A stretch of 64,000 nt of DNA from Oculina patagonica. Its lineage: Eukaryota. The position numbers and the translations under genes are program-made. Shown here piece by piece: positions 1 to 14,200 of the stretch (its first letter is position 1; the number at the start of each line of letters is the position of its first letter). The notes beneath the pieces were generated by a model. That model was not told where the DNA came from and did no database searches. It saw only the letters and a list, made by a program, of their open reading frames with translations. Location: NCBI RefSeq assembly GCF_052425735.1, contig NC_135758.1:4154001-4218000 (forward strand). The letters run 5' to 3'.

Positions 1-506
1 TGCTTAGTCACCAACCGAAATATTGTATTAATGTCAGTTTTCTTGAAATAATATTATGATATTTATTCAGCTATAAGCCGAGACCGTAAACCTTTGGTTT
101 TTTAGAGCCAGTTAGAAAAAAACTAACCCAAAACACTCAGCTAAAGATGAATTTATTTCAGTACGATTTGGTGAAAAAAAATCGCTCGACTTATAGCCAA
201 TGATATTATTATTATTATTATTTTTCGTAACCTTCAAATAACAAAAAGGAAAAATAAAAAGAAAGAAATCAATTTGTAACAGATGGGAACTCTATCTCTT
301 GGCCTTTCGGTCTGCTCTCGATCAGTATTTGATGACAATCAAAGTGAAGTAAACAGAAGTTTGGATAGTATAACATCATTTGTATTAGCAAACCTTTATT
401 TGTCAGTTTGTTGTTTTCGATTCTTGTTTCATAATAACTTTTCCGAGTTTAGTGGCTTATAGCCACTTTTAGTTATTGTGATTTCGAAATAACCCAAGAT
501 CAAAGG

Positions 507-3500
507 TTGATAGCATGCAACATCTGCAATAACTATTATCATAATAATAGGCATTGTTTACGTATAACAAATCTGTCTTGCACAGATAAGGAATTCATTT
601 GTTATCAATGCGTAGATGCTTGCTTGCCGTTCAATAATCTTAGTGATGACAGCTTTCTTGAAACATCCGAAAATGGAATATCTTTACTTGACCGAAGCAG
701 GATAGAAAATATTGAGTTTAGCCCATATCAACATGATCTACTAGAAGTCCAGGAGAATATCAATGACAGAGATATAGTACCAAATTCTACATCTCATTTC
801 TACACATCATCCGAATTTAATAGTTTAGTCGCAAAAAGACAACTGACTGAGAACAAGTTATCTTTTTTACATTTAAATATTAGAAGTATGAGAAATAAGT
901 TTGACGCTTTGTTAAATTACTTACATTTGTTAACCCATAAATTCTCAATAATTGCGCTTACTGAAACTTGGTTAAATGATATGGATGGTGACAATTTTAA
1001 AATCCCTGGGTATAACTTAACTAAAATTAACAGGCAGAATAAAGGTGGAGGGGGGATTTGTATTTTTACTAGGGATTATATTAAAATCAAAATACGAAAT
1101 GATCTAGTCAATGAAGGGAACAATAGCAATACAGAATTTCTGTTTATTGAAATGTTAAATGAAAAATGTAAAAATATTATCGTTGGCATAATGTATCGAC
1201 CACCAAGTAGCAACTTCAATGGTTTTAAAAATGATATTAATACGATTTTAACTAAATTAGACAAATCGGATAAGCCGTGCTATATTTTGGGCGACTTTAA
1301 TATTGACCTTTTAAAATACGAATGCAGTAACTTCTCAAATATCTTTTTTAACCAGTTGTCATCCTCAGGCTTCATACCACTTATTACAAAACCTACTAGG
1401 ATTACCAAATCAACTGCGACATTAATTGACAACATCTTCACTAACAATGCTAACAAAATAGGGCATCAAAGTGGCATCTTATTAAATGATATATCCGATC
1501 ACCTTCCTATCTTCACTATTACAGAACTCGAGACGAAAAATTGCCCTGTAATACCAAATTCAGGTAGTTACACAACAAGGAAAATCGGTAAAAAATCTTT
1601 AGAACTTTTTGCTGACAAAATAAAAAATTGTGATTGGCAATCTACATTATCGAAAAGTAACCCAACTGAGTCGTATGAATCATTCTTTAAAGAATTTTTC
1701 GAAATATATGATAATTTTTTTCCACTTTAAAAGTATAAATCAAAAAATATTAAAAGGTCTAACAATCTATGGATATCTAAAGGCCTAATAAAATCTTCAA
1801 AAACAAAAGAAAAATTATACAAAAAATTTATCAAGAGTCCTACAATAAATAATGAACAAAAGTATAAAAAATACCGCAATAAATTAAACCATTTAATACG
1901 AATTGCTAAAAAGAATTATTATTGTAAAAAATTTAGTCAAGCTCAAAATGATATCAAATCTACCTGGAATACAATCAATCAATTACTTGATAAACAAAGA
2001 TTAAAAAGCTCCTTACCAAGGTTGTTCTTAAATGATAAAAACGAAGAAATAAATGATTCAAATTTGATTGCAGATAATTTTAATGATTATTTTGTTAATG
2101 TTGGGCCCAAACTCGCTAAAGAATTCAGCCATGATACTGATAAGTTTTATAAATATCTTAAAGGTAATTATAAAGATTCAATTTTTTTATATGACACAAG
2201 TCCTGACGAGGTCAACAGAATAATAGATAAACTAGAATGTAAATCTAGTTGTGGTATTGATGAAATTAGAAGCAAAGTTATAAAATATGTGGCTCCTTAT
2301 GTATCTGTTCCATTAACTCACATTTTTAATCTGACTTTTGCTACCGGTAAAATCCCAAATGATCTTAAAGTAGCATTGATAACACCAGTGTATAAGGCAT
2401 CCGAAAAAAATGTATTTTCGAATTATAGACCGATCTCCGTACTTCCATTTTTTTCTAAAATACTTGAAAAACTAATGCATAAAAGACTGACTGACTATAT
2501 AAATAAAAATGGAATACTTACTGACCGTCAGTATGGATTTCGAAGTAAAAGTTCTACTAATCATGCGATAATTGAACTTGTCGATAAGATAACAAAAGCC
2601 ATTGAAAATAACGAATTCACAGTAGGGATATTTCTTGATTTATCAAAAGCATTTGACACGGTAAATCATGATATCCTTCTAAAAAAACTTTATTTCTATG
2701 GTATTCGTGGCAAATGTCATGCTTGGATCAAAGATTATCTTTCCAACAGAAAACAAATTGTTAAATATAATAACATAAGGTCAAAAGAAAAGATAATTAC
2801 TTGTGGGGTCCCACAAGGATCTATTCTTGGACCGTTACTATTTTTAATATACATCAACGACCTTACCGACTCAACCAGTAAATTATCTACTATTCTATTT
2901 GCTGATGATACTAATCTTTTTTGTTCAGGTAAAGACCTAGATGAACTAGAATTGTTAATAAATGAGGAATTAGCTCATGTCCAAGAATGGCTAACGCTAA
3001 ATAAACTAACTCTAAATGTAAAAAAATCAAATTTTATTATTTTCAAATCTCATAAAAGGAAACTGAAAAAACATTTGAGTCTAAAATTAAACAACGAGAT
3101 GCTACAACGGGTTGAACACACCAAATTTCTGGGAATCATAATTGACCAACACCTGACGTGGAAAAACCATATAAATTATGTCACTAAAAAGATCATTAGA
3201 ACTACAGGTGTCCTTTGTAGAATTCGCTTTTACATTAGTCAACCACTCCTGAGAATGTTGTACTATAGTTTAATATACCCATACCTTTATTATGGAAATA
3301 TCGTATGGGCTAATACTTATCCAACGCGATTGGAAAAGTTGTTTAAATTACAGAAGAAAATATTAAGAATAATAACTTTTTCATCATACACTGCACCATC
3401 CCTTCAAATTTTTAAGAAACTAAATCTTTTAAATATACACCAAATAAATGATCTACTTATCGCCTCATTCAGTTTCAGCCTTAATAGCAAAGTACTTCCA

Positions 3501-3722
3501 CCTTATTTTGAAGACTTCTGCATAGAGAACTCTAAAGTGCATAGCTATAATACTAGAGGATCAAAGCAGCTTCACAAGACATTTAACAGAACAAATTATG
3601 GGAAATACTCCACTAGGAAAAAGATAATTAACATCTGGAATGAAATACCAAAGACTATCAAATGCTCTGCATCTTTAAAAATCTTTAAAACGAAAATGAA
3701 GCAATTCTATTTGCAAAATTGA
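507..3722 (+). pseudogene. LINE ORF2 (endonuclease-reverse transcriptase) with one in-frame stop
   Basis: Same-frame ORFs 507-1730 and 2022-3722; the intervening sequence reads through as Lys-rich ORF2 linker. Confidence 0.85.
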
Positions 3723-3970
3723 TACTGACATAGATCTTATTTTGTTAATCGACTACATAGCTTAGCTCAACATCATTTGCAATGGTTTGTTAATTTTTTA
3801 TATAATTCCAATCTCTGATACCATCTGACTAAAATTAGATAGCGTACTTTTATAAGGGAGACTACTTTGTAAAAGCCCGCGAGGGTTTCCTTAGTCTTCC
3901 TCCCTAATGCAGATTGTAACAGACAAATATACATGCTGTATTATTCTATTATGGGAAATAAATAAATAAA
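507..3970 (+). mobile_element. Non-LTR retrotransposon (L2/CR1 group, Crack/Daphne-like), ORF2 APE+RT with 3' UTR and (AAAT)n tail
   Basis: ORF 507-1730 has a Cys-rich N-terminus and APE endonuclease motifs (LNIRS, LTETW, GDFNID, IDNIF, SDHLP). ORF 2022-3722 has RT motifs (YRPISVLP, DLSKAFD, GVPQGSILGP, FADD). Both are in the same frame and separated by one TAA at 1728-1730. The tail is AAATAAATAAATAAA at ~3956-3970. The 5' end is not resolved. Confidence 0.92.
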
Positions 3971-5317
3971 GCGCGGGACAAACAAGAGTTTAGTCACGTG
4001 TAACCAAGTTCACAAAACACGCAATCCACTGTAGGACTCTAATGTTCATTTATAAAACAAACTGACCCTTTGTACTAGTAACAAAAAGGAAGTTTGAATT
4101 AAAAAAGAGTGGGGTCAGAAATTATTTGCAAGTTATATGTCAAAAGGTAGTTTTATAAAACACCAGGGGGAGGGGGAAGAAACTTCCTTTGTTACACGAC
4201 TTAAAAAGTGGACATAGCGGTACCAGGCAACCAAGAATGCGCAGTAGCTATCAAATGGTTGCTAAGGGTGTAGTGAATAGCTTGACAAAGTTCATTGTTT
4301 AGTTCGCATGCTTTGGTCTTAACCATGCACAAAACACAATAGCTATTTGCATTTTGATTGTTTCTTTGAAGTTTGCCGGACATCAAAACAACAAACAGTG
4401 ATAACGGTGTCCAGTCTGGCAAAAGTAAGGCTTGCCAATTATACTAATTAAAAATAACTTCACTGATTCTAAAATGATTTACAATTTTTTGGTTGTTAAA
4501 TGTCAACCGTGACAAATTTTTCGCTTGTTGTCCTACGCCACCAAAACATTCTCAGTGACGTGAAACATCAGGTGATAAATCTTGCTGAAAATGCAAAAAA
4601 CAATCTCGGCGGCGTGAAACATCAAACGCAAACACCGCCACAATTCGCATTTCACACGCATACAGTCATTGATATTTAAATCTTTCTGAGATAACAAAAC
4701 TCTGGGTGACGTCTTTCTTAGCAACGTTTGATTGACATAGACTCTCACCGTTTCCAGGCACTGCTATGTCTTCAAAGAAAAGTGCCGAGTGTCTCCCCTC
4801 CCCCCCCTGTAAAACACGGAACAGTTAATTCCCTGCAGGCAAAACTGGTTTACTGTGTTCAATTCGTCAGATGTAGCAACCGGTCTTCTTTAATAAAAGT
4901 GTTTTGTTTTCATTGAATGTTTTTTTATCTTATTTTTACATATTACGCATTCTACACCTCGATCTTCTTTGCCAGGCCTTCTCCGCTTGGCAGTGTTTGA
5001 AAGTCAGACAAGATGGCGATAATCCTAAGCATTCTTCTGGTACTGAGGCCAACACGAGAGGCACTTACCAATGAACAGTGATATACAGAAGCATTTCAAA
5101 TCACTGGTGTAGTGCGATTCAACCAAGCTCACAAATCGCTCACTAATCGCGGACAATGTTACTGTGCAAAGCTAGAGCGATTATCGATCGATTTTGGAAA
5201 GCTTAGCGCATAGCTTTGTAACTGATAAAAACAACTCGCGCAACGTGCCCTAACCAATTAGTGCAATCTTGCTGATATTTCCACCTATCAGAAGCAAAGC
5301 CAAGACCAATCGTGGCT

Positions 5318-5412
5318 GGGCTTTCGCGTGTTTTCCCGCGCTTAGTGCCGGTCGCATGTTTTCCCGCGCTTGGTGCCGGTTGCATGTTTTCCCGCGCTTG
5401 GTGCCGGTTACA
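5318..5412. repeat. Minisatellite, ~3 copies of GTTTTCCCGCGCTTGGTGCCGGTTGCAT-like unit
   Basis: Direct tandem repeats are visible in the sequence. Confidence 0.8.
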
Positions 5413-7708
5413 TGAACCGGGCTGGCTCGGGTCGCCGAGAAGACTTCCAGCCCGATATTTAGTACATGAACCCAGCCAGCCCGGGATGGACTACATTTGG
5501 CACGAACAATGGTTTAAATTTAGCACAAATGATTTTGGCGCGAAAAATGAATGTGTTTTATTTGGTGTATAATTGTTTCTACACTTATGCAGCAATATGA
5601 GCTGCATTGCCTCCACAATCTATTTTTTGTTCGGAGGAACGAGACAGGGATGCTCGTTACACTTGGGAAAATGTAATCAACTTAATTTCTTGGAACCTGG
5701 CTCAAGTTCATTTTTACTCCATGAGAAGTACAAAAGTATATTGTTTCGGTTCCTCTTTCTCCTCTTCCTATAAGTTTTGTTTCATCTTGTTATAATAATA
5801 ATGTTTAAAAATAAAGTTTTTTTTGTAAGTAAATAAATAAATAAGTAAGTAAATAAATACATAAATACATAAATAAATATATAAATTAGTTAAAACCTAT
5901 ATAATGTTTTCTATAACAGTAATAAATAAAATAAATGAAATAACTTATTTAAAATCAAGGTATGATGAAAGCTAGGTGCGGCTTCAAATTTAAAATAAAT
6001 CAAAAATAAAATTTCCGAAACAAAAATGTTATGCGTCGACATCTTCGATTTCCTCAATTTGAACTGATGTGTTGCAGATGAAGTCGCGCTCGTTCATGTT
6101 CTAAGAAGTTTCCACGAAATTTCAATAAACTCTCTTCCATTAGCTAAATAAAGAGCGTAACAAAGGCTGAAATCAGTTAAAAATTCTTAAGGTTTTTCAA
6201 GAAAATATATGTTCTCTTGGGTTTAAGATGTGTTTACTAACGGAGTCCATTTCCTGAACAGAATGTCAATTTCAAGAACTTGAAATTAGAGCAATTCTAT
6301 TTGATACCCTTATATTTCGCTCCCTGAATCAAATTTAGTCTCCTCTAAAAGAGATAGTTTAAGAAACAAACTGTCCAGGCCGCTGTTTTTCATCCTGCAT
6401 ACCGCCACAAGAAGTGTGTATATTCGACCTTCGCGATGATATTTTCATCCCGTATCCCGCCATTTTAAATTTCACGTATCCCGCATCCCGCCAAACCAAA
6501 ACCTTCTAGAAACCCAGTAACACCTGCCGCATCATGACGTTATAAATGTTTTCTCGGAATGTTGAGTGTTTCTAAGTTTCACTTTCGAAAGCGAACTTCG
6601 CCGTGGTAAGTACATGTAACCTTGTATTAAATATTGGCAATAATTTTTCTGATAGCCTCGAGATTCACAAAATCGCCGCCAAAGCGACGATTTAATAATT
6701 GCCGATCTGATTTTCATTTAGATACAAAAATGTTTGTTTCTGTGATCTCATGTCTGTTTCTATGGAAAGGCCTGAAAGAATTAAATCGATCAAATCGTAC
6801 AAAATACATTATGAACTAAACACAAATAGAAAATTCACGTGGTTTTGTGTCTTGAAATAAGAATGAAGAATTACAACAGACCGAGGAAGATCGGTGTTTC
6901 TTTGATTGCCTTATTTGTCTTGAAAGCAAGTCGGTCTTTCTAAAAAGTAATGCTATTAACAAGTCAACAACAAAATGAAAATGATTTTAAAAATGTTTGG
7001 ACAATCCCATCTGCATTTAACAAATGGACACGGCAAAGGATATAACACACTTTAGAAGAAATGCTTCTCCTTGTCATCCTTGTGTTTTTACATAGTTTGA
7101 AATTTGCATAGTTGTTTTTAATTTGTATTTGTCTTTGTCTCACGTTTGTTTCTCAGGGAAAGTCTCTCAGTGTTTTTACACTTAATTATAACTTTCAGAA
7201 AATATGGAAACTAAACACGGTAAGTTTATATCATATTTGAAATCGTCGCTACTACAACTTTTATCGGGTAAAAAGTTCAAACGAAACGGCGAACCTGGTC
7301 TTATATGAAGAAAAAAATAAAATAACAAATTACAATAAGTGTGACAGAGAATGTTTTAGAATTTTTAATGACAGCTAAAACAATAGCGTAACAAAGGCTG
7401 AAATGTTTTTAGAAATTCTTGAGGATTTCTTTATACGTTGGAAAATATGTGTTCATTAACGGAGTTAACACCTTCAAGAAGTGAAATCAAAGCAATTCTT
7501 TTTTCACCTTTCAAAACCCGTTTCGAACTCCACGAGTCTAATGTACGCTTCTCTTTAAACAGATATTTGTAGAACCAACTGTCCAGGCCTTAGGACGCGT
7601 GATTTGATGTTTTTCATCCCGCATCCCGCCTCCCGTAATGTGCATATTCGGCCTCCACCATGATATATTCTTCCCGTATACCGCTGTTTTAAATTTCTCG
7701 TATCCCGC

Positions 7709-8093
7709 TGTAATCAAACCACACGGACAACTTCAAAATACGCACTTTAACCAGCGATTTGCTGAAATAACAAACAACACAGACAAACTAAACTTACAGC
7801 GAAAGAAACAAACCGAAATCTAAAACAGAAAGCGAAAAAATAACGGAAAAACACGAAACTTACAAGATTTGTGCGAACACTTCGGCGACTTTAACATACT
7901 GACAACGAAAACTTAAAAAACACCGCAGAAAACGCTAAGCGAAACAATAGATATAAAAATGCACACGAAGATATAACAAGTAATGAACCTAAAAATAACC
8001 GACAAAGCTTATTACAAGAAAAATATGCGCGACAAAAACGGAAACAAAGGACTCGACAAATAAAAACGAATAATAAGGGGCTCCGTGGCTACA
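7709..8093 (-). repeat. 3' LTR of BEL/Pao element
   Basis: TGTAATC...GGCTACA, near-identical to 14787-15171. A PPT-like GGGGCCGG lies just inside on the minus strand (~8096-8103). Confidence 0.95.
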
Positions 8094-8292
8094 TACCGGC
8101 CCCAATGAACCAATTAAATTCTAATTGTTCATTAACTGATAAACGTAATTATAGACACGAGCATGTCCTTAAGAAACTGAATTAATAAATACGCAACTTA
8201 AATGAGTCCTAAAACAATGAATGTTCTAATTTAGTGTTCTCGCAAAGTTCTCTGAAATAGTCTCTAAACGAGTTCAGTTCACTGTAGACTTG

Positions 8293-11200
8293 TTACTCGT
8301 CATGCTCAAGAAAGCACAGTTTTGAAATCGGTCTAACGAATGTCGAGGTGTTTGTGCGAACTCTTGCCGATCTGACCAATCCATCCTTTCCACGATGAAC
8401 TTCAACAATTCTGGCCAAAGGCCTTTTGCCTCGATGAACACTTTCATCCGCGACCAGGACTAAATCGTTAACCGCAAAACAACGACGAGGAGTGCACCAT
8501 TTCTGCCTCAATTGAAGAGTTGGTAAATACTCTTTTAGCCAGCGGCTCCAAAATACATCTGACATGTATTGCACCTGTCGCCAACGACGCTTGCAATAAT
8601 TGTCTTCCATTGCGAAGACTCCAGGAGGTAAGTTAGGGTTTGCTCGTAGAAGCAGTAAATGGTTGGGCGTCAGGGGCTCTAGATCCTTGGGATCATTGCT
8701 GACCGGCGTTAAAGGTCTGCTGTAAAGGATTCCTTGCACCTCGGCCATCACGGTACGCAACATCTCTTCGTTTACCAGTTGTTGCCCTAGCAACGCCGTC
8801 AAAATCTTGCGGATTGATCTGATCACGCGCTCCCAAACGCCGCCCATATGCGATGCGGATGGTGGGTTAAATTTCCAGGTGACGTTTCTTTGACGGAGAA
8901 ACTCAGTGATGGCTCTCTGATTCCAATCTTCTATGGCTATACGCATTTCTTGCTCCCCGGCGCGAGAATTGGAACCATTGTCGCTGTAGACTGTCGTTGG
9001 GTTCCCTCTGAAACTGGTGAACCTACGCAAAGCATTAACAAAGGAATCTGAATCCAGAGAGCACGTAATCTCGATATGAACGGCCCTGGTCGTTAAACAC
9101 GTAAACAAACAGCCGTAACGCTTCACGTTGGAACGCCCTTGCTTAACGTACAGGGGACCAAAATAATCCACGCCAACTGAGGTAAATGGAGGATCTTCAG
9201 GAGACAACCTTTCCTTGGGTAAATTAGCCATTAACTGTTCTCCACGGGCTGCACCAAGTTTCCTGCACAGGAAACATTCACTAAGAACTCGACGCACGGC
9301 CGATCGTCCTTTAACAACCCAATATAGTTGACGGAGATTGGACAAAACGTATTCTTGTCCGAGATGACCTGCATCTTGATGGTACTTTCGAATAATCAGG
9401 TCCGTGACGCGATGACGATAAAGCAGAACTATTTGGTGTTTTGCGTCAAAATTGATGCCAGCATTCTCTAGCCTTCCTCCAACCCGAAGAATTCCGTAGC
9501 CATCCAGCACTGGACAGAGCTTGCGTAAGGGCAAGGCAGACTTCAATTTCCTTAGATGGGGTTTAACTTGGCGTGCTGATACTTGATTTCTGGAAATTCT
9601 TCGAAGAGCTTCAAATGCTTTCGGGAAGGATAGCTTTTGTAAATGCCTGATTATCTCCATTTCGGCTACTCGAACTTCATCGACAGACAATTCTCCTCGA
9701 GGTGATTGACTAACGGAGGAACTGCTGTTCACTGAAAGACCACGATGCCTTTGAACCGACCAATTCTTGAATCTCAGCAGCCATGCAAATGCTTTTCTCA
9801 GCTTATCCCAGGAGGAATACTGATGAAATAACCTTGAGAGAAAATCTTCTGCTGGTTGATTTAATACAGCCTGGCTGAACGTATGAACATCTCGTTTGAG
9901 TTCTGGATCGTCTACAGATAGTTCTTTCAGTTGGTGGGAAGGATCACGAGGCCAAAGGCCCTCTTCTCTCGACAGGAACTCTGGGCCACACAGCCATTTA
10001 CTTGAGATCATCCCATCAACTGTCAATCCTCTGCTAGCGTGATCAGCGGGGTTAAGCTCAGAGTTCACGTATTTCCACTGCTTTGGCTCGGAATGTTCGT
10101 GAATTACCGTGAGGCGGTTAGATACAAACGTATGGAATCTGGAAGACTCATTCCTAATATACTGGAGCACTGTAGTAGAATCTGACCAAAATACAGATTG
10201 TTGCACTGGTATTTCAAGCTCGGTCTTCAGTGTCTTGTCCAATTGGACGGCCAGAACCGCAGCTGAAAGTTCTAGTCTCGGAACTGTCATCGGCTTGATG
10301 TGCGCAAGACGGGACTTTCCCATGAGAAACGAGCAGCAAGCATTATCCTTCGTGTCCACCAGTCTTAGATACGAGACAGCACCAAAGGCAAACTGCGAGG
10401 CGTCAGCGAAGTTATGTAACTCGACGGTCTTCAATTCTCCGAGATCGGCAGGTTTGACACACCTCTTGACAGCTAACTGTGAAAGTTTGGGCAATTCTTC
10501 TTTCCATTTCTCCCATCTCTGACTTTCTTTCTCGTCAACCGGATCATCCCAGTCTAGCTTTAGCTTGCATAAATCCTGAAGTAATTGCTTCGCAGGAAGA
10601 ATGATTGGCGCCAGGAACCCTAGTGGATCGTAGATCGAGCTTTTCAGAGACAATATATCTCTGCGCGTGTTGGGCTTATCTTTCAGAACGGCATTGAAAA
10701 TGAACATATCCTTCTGCATGTCCCATCTTAGACCCAAGGTCCGCTCAACAGGAAGTCTTTCCTTGTCCAAGTCGAGGTCGAGGACTGACGAAGCTCTCTC
10801 ACTTTCAGGTATCGTCTCCATAACTTGGGGTCTTTTACTGAGCCACTTGTGAAGACGGAACCCACCCCTGGAGAGAAGATCTCGTAGTTGAGCCACAAGG
10901 TTAACAGCGTGAGTAGATGATTCTACCGACTTGAGGCAATCATCCACGTAAAAGTTCTTCTTTACAGTCTCCACAACCTCTTTGCCAAATTCATTGATGT
11001 TATCTTCTGCAGTTTTCCTGAGGGCGAAGTTGGAACAAGCCGGCGACGACGTGGCCCCAAATAAGTGAACCTCCATGCGGTACTCAACAGGTTCCTGATT
11101 CAGGTCATCGTCCGGCCACCATAGAAATCTAAACGCGTCATAATCGTCTGGCGACACTCTCACCTGGTGGAACATGGCTTCCACGTCTGCTGCTAGTGCG

Positions 11201-14200
11201 ACTTGTTCGTGACGAAATCTTGTCAACACACCCACGATACTGCTTGTTAGATCTGGACCACTTAGGAGATGATCATTCAAAGACATTCTTCTAAACTTTG
11301 CCGCACAATCAAAGACCACTCGCGTCTTTCCGGGCTTGTTAGGATGGAACACGGGGTGATGAGGTAAGTACCACAACGGTTTATCTTCGACTACAAGCTC
11401 ATTCTCTGGAACTCTTTTTGCGTGCCCCTTGTCTACGTAATCTCTAATTGTTGCTTTGTACTTTTCAAACAGTTCGGCATCTTGCAGGAATCTCTTCTTC
11501 AACGACATCAACCTACGTTCCGCCAAAACCCGATTATTAGGAAGGTTAGGCACTCGCTCTCTCCAGGGAAGAGCCAGTTGATAACGACCGTCAACTAACT
11601 TGGCTGAACTCTCCATCACTGCTAGAGCTCTTTTGTCTTCAACGGACATGGAAACCTTGCAATCAGGGATCAGACCAGCATAGTCAGTCTTCCAGAATCT
11701 TTCAAGTTGTTCCATGAAGATATCTTCTTTTTCAACATTTGCAATTCTCGTGAAGTTAACACAGTGATGGCCTTTCTTACATTCCATTCTGTCTATGGGG
11801 CTCATTAACGTCCATCCCAGCGGTGAACGAATAGCGTACGGATCACCTTTGTTGCCACGCCTTTCTTCCAATACCCAAAAGGCCTCTGGGACATTGCATC
11901 CATTGTGATCAGTTCGATGTTAGTCTCTTCGATGCTTAGCAGATTGATGTCTTGCAAATGAGGCCAACTGCTAATGTCTTGGTTGGTTGGAATGCTGTGG
12001 CTAGATGCATTTACTTTGTCAACTGTCCAAAGTCTCTGAATTTCTAACTTGTCTGACCCGTCCAAGGCTTCAACCGTTAGGCTTATCTCTTGACCCGACT
12101 TCGGACTGTCTTCCTTCTCTTGCGTTGTTAAGTAAAACGTTTTCTGCTCTCCTTGAACCCCCAGACGCGCTGCCAAGCCTTTAGTACACAGGGAGACATC
12201 CGACCCGTTGTCAAGAAGGGCGTAGGCTAACAACTTCTCGCTCGAGTTCTGACATTGGACTTTCACTGGCACGATCCTGAGACACACTTTACCACTTCCC
12301 GCTTGGGTACTGTTCAACTGTCCACCTTGGGCACCTTGAGTAGGCGTAGGAATAGTAGCTTGTGTAGCTTGGATACCTTAGGAAGCCTGTGATATCTTGG
12401 TAGCTTGAGTAGTTTGGGGAGCCTGTGGTCTCTGGGTAGCTTGAGTAGCTTGGGGAGCCTGCGGTATCTGGGTAGCTTGAGTAGCGTTACCTCCACTGGC
12501 CTGGTTACCGTTCGGAACTTGTTGACAGGAAGGATGGAGCAGAGTGTGATGCTTTCTCGTACAACCATCAACTTGACATGCACCTCTGGATAGGCAACCC
12601 CGTGCGATATGACCATATTGGAAGCAATTGTGACAAAGATGAGCCCTTCTCATAATCTGAACACGTTCATCAAAGGTCTTTCTTCCAAAGTTCTGACATT
12701 TCATCAAAATGTGATTGCCGCTGCAAGCTGGACAAACACGGGTCTTCACCCTTGAATTAACAGTTCCTTGGGTGTTAAGCGTAGTGATACGGTTAGGCGA
12801 TGGTTCACTCGTTTTTGAACTCGGTGGCCTTTGTTTTGAAGTTCCCCGTTTGCTGTCAGGCGTAACGTCCATAACGCTTCCAAATACTGGATTATTTGCT
12901 GCTCTTGCTTTGACTGCAACAAACGACGAGATGTCCTTGATGTTTGGTCTCTTGCCAGATTGCTGGATACCGTCTGCGACTTCGACAAACTTTGTACGAA
13001 GATGACATGGTAATCTTTGTACTATTCTTCGGAGGTTGTCAGCACTGTTGACCTCATCAATGTAGCCTATCGACTCGAGGGTGTGTTCACAGTTTTTTAG
13101 CTGGTCGGCAAACGCAAGTAATCCCGAACGATCAGACGCCTTAATTGGAGGACCCTCAGTAATCTTGCTTACAAACTTAGCCGCAATTGTATACGGATGG
13201 CCAAAACGCTCTTTCAGCAATTTCCTCGCGGACTGATATCCCTTTGAAAGATCCATAACAACGCAACAATCAATCGTCTTCTTCGCTTCGCCCGTTGTGT
13301 ATTGCAATAGGTACATGAGCTTCTCACTTTCACTCGTTGCGTTTCGTTCAATAGTGTTCTCAAACGACCGGATAAAACTCCGATATTCCATTGGGTTGCC
13401 ATCAAAGGTGGAGAGGTCAGGTTTAGGCAAGGCAAATCCCTGTCTTATTGTCGAGCCCAGTTTATCAAGCACGTCTTCAACGATGGCAAATTCGGAATCC
13501 ACGGAATCAGTCTGAGAAAGTTCATTATCTGGAATCGGCGGGGCGTACGTAAACTCCCTCGCGTGCGGGTTCAGCCGAGAACTATAACATCATTGTCGTA
13601 AGGAACTATTTTGAGGTCGTCTTTGGTTTTGGTCACAACTCCGACATCTTTAACTTTGGATTCGCCATCGCGCTGTGAACCAAGTTCTCCAAAAGATGAA
13701 CCAGTTTGCTTCGACATTTTCGGTATTGCTCCATCAATAACGGAATGATCTTCTTCGAGGATTTTTACTTGAAGAGCCGCCTGCTCTAGTTCATATTTCG
13801 CCTCTAGAATTTGACGCTCCATTTTCATTTCCTCTTGCTTTCTTAAAAGTTCTTGTTCCTCTAAGGCCCGGTTCAGACGCCGTACTTTTCATGAGCCGAA
13901 CTCAATTCGAATTTGGACCGACCCAAATTGACAAAAGTATGCCTCTTGATTCAGACGCCGTACTTTTTGGCCGTTCCGAGGCCGTTCCTAATACAGTTCC
14001 AATAAAACCAGTCAAAATACATTATTATAATTTATGAATTAGGATCGGCACATGAAAAGTACGGCGTCTGAATCAAAGCTGTTCCAAAGGCATTCCACAG
14101 GCGAAATTCTCGGCCAAGCCAGGCGGGAAGAACGGGTGAGCCGTTCCAAATTGAAATAGCCGTTCTAATTTGATTCAGACGCCGATCTTTTCATGTACTT

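Noticed and set aside
7638-7823. Short ORFs 7638-7823 and 14524-14901 sharing a C-terminus
   Set aside because: They are chance translations of the two LTR copies.
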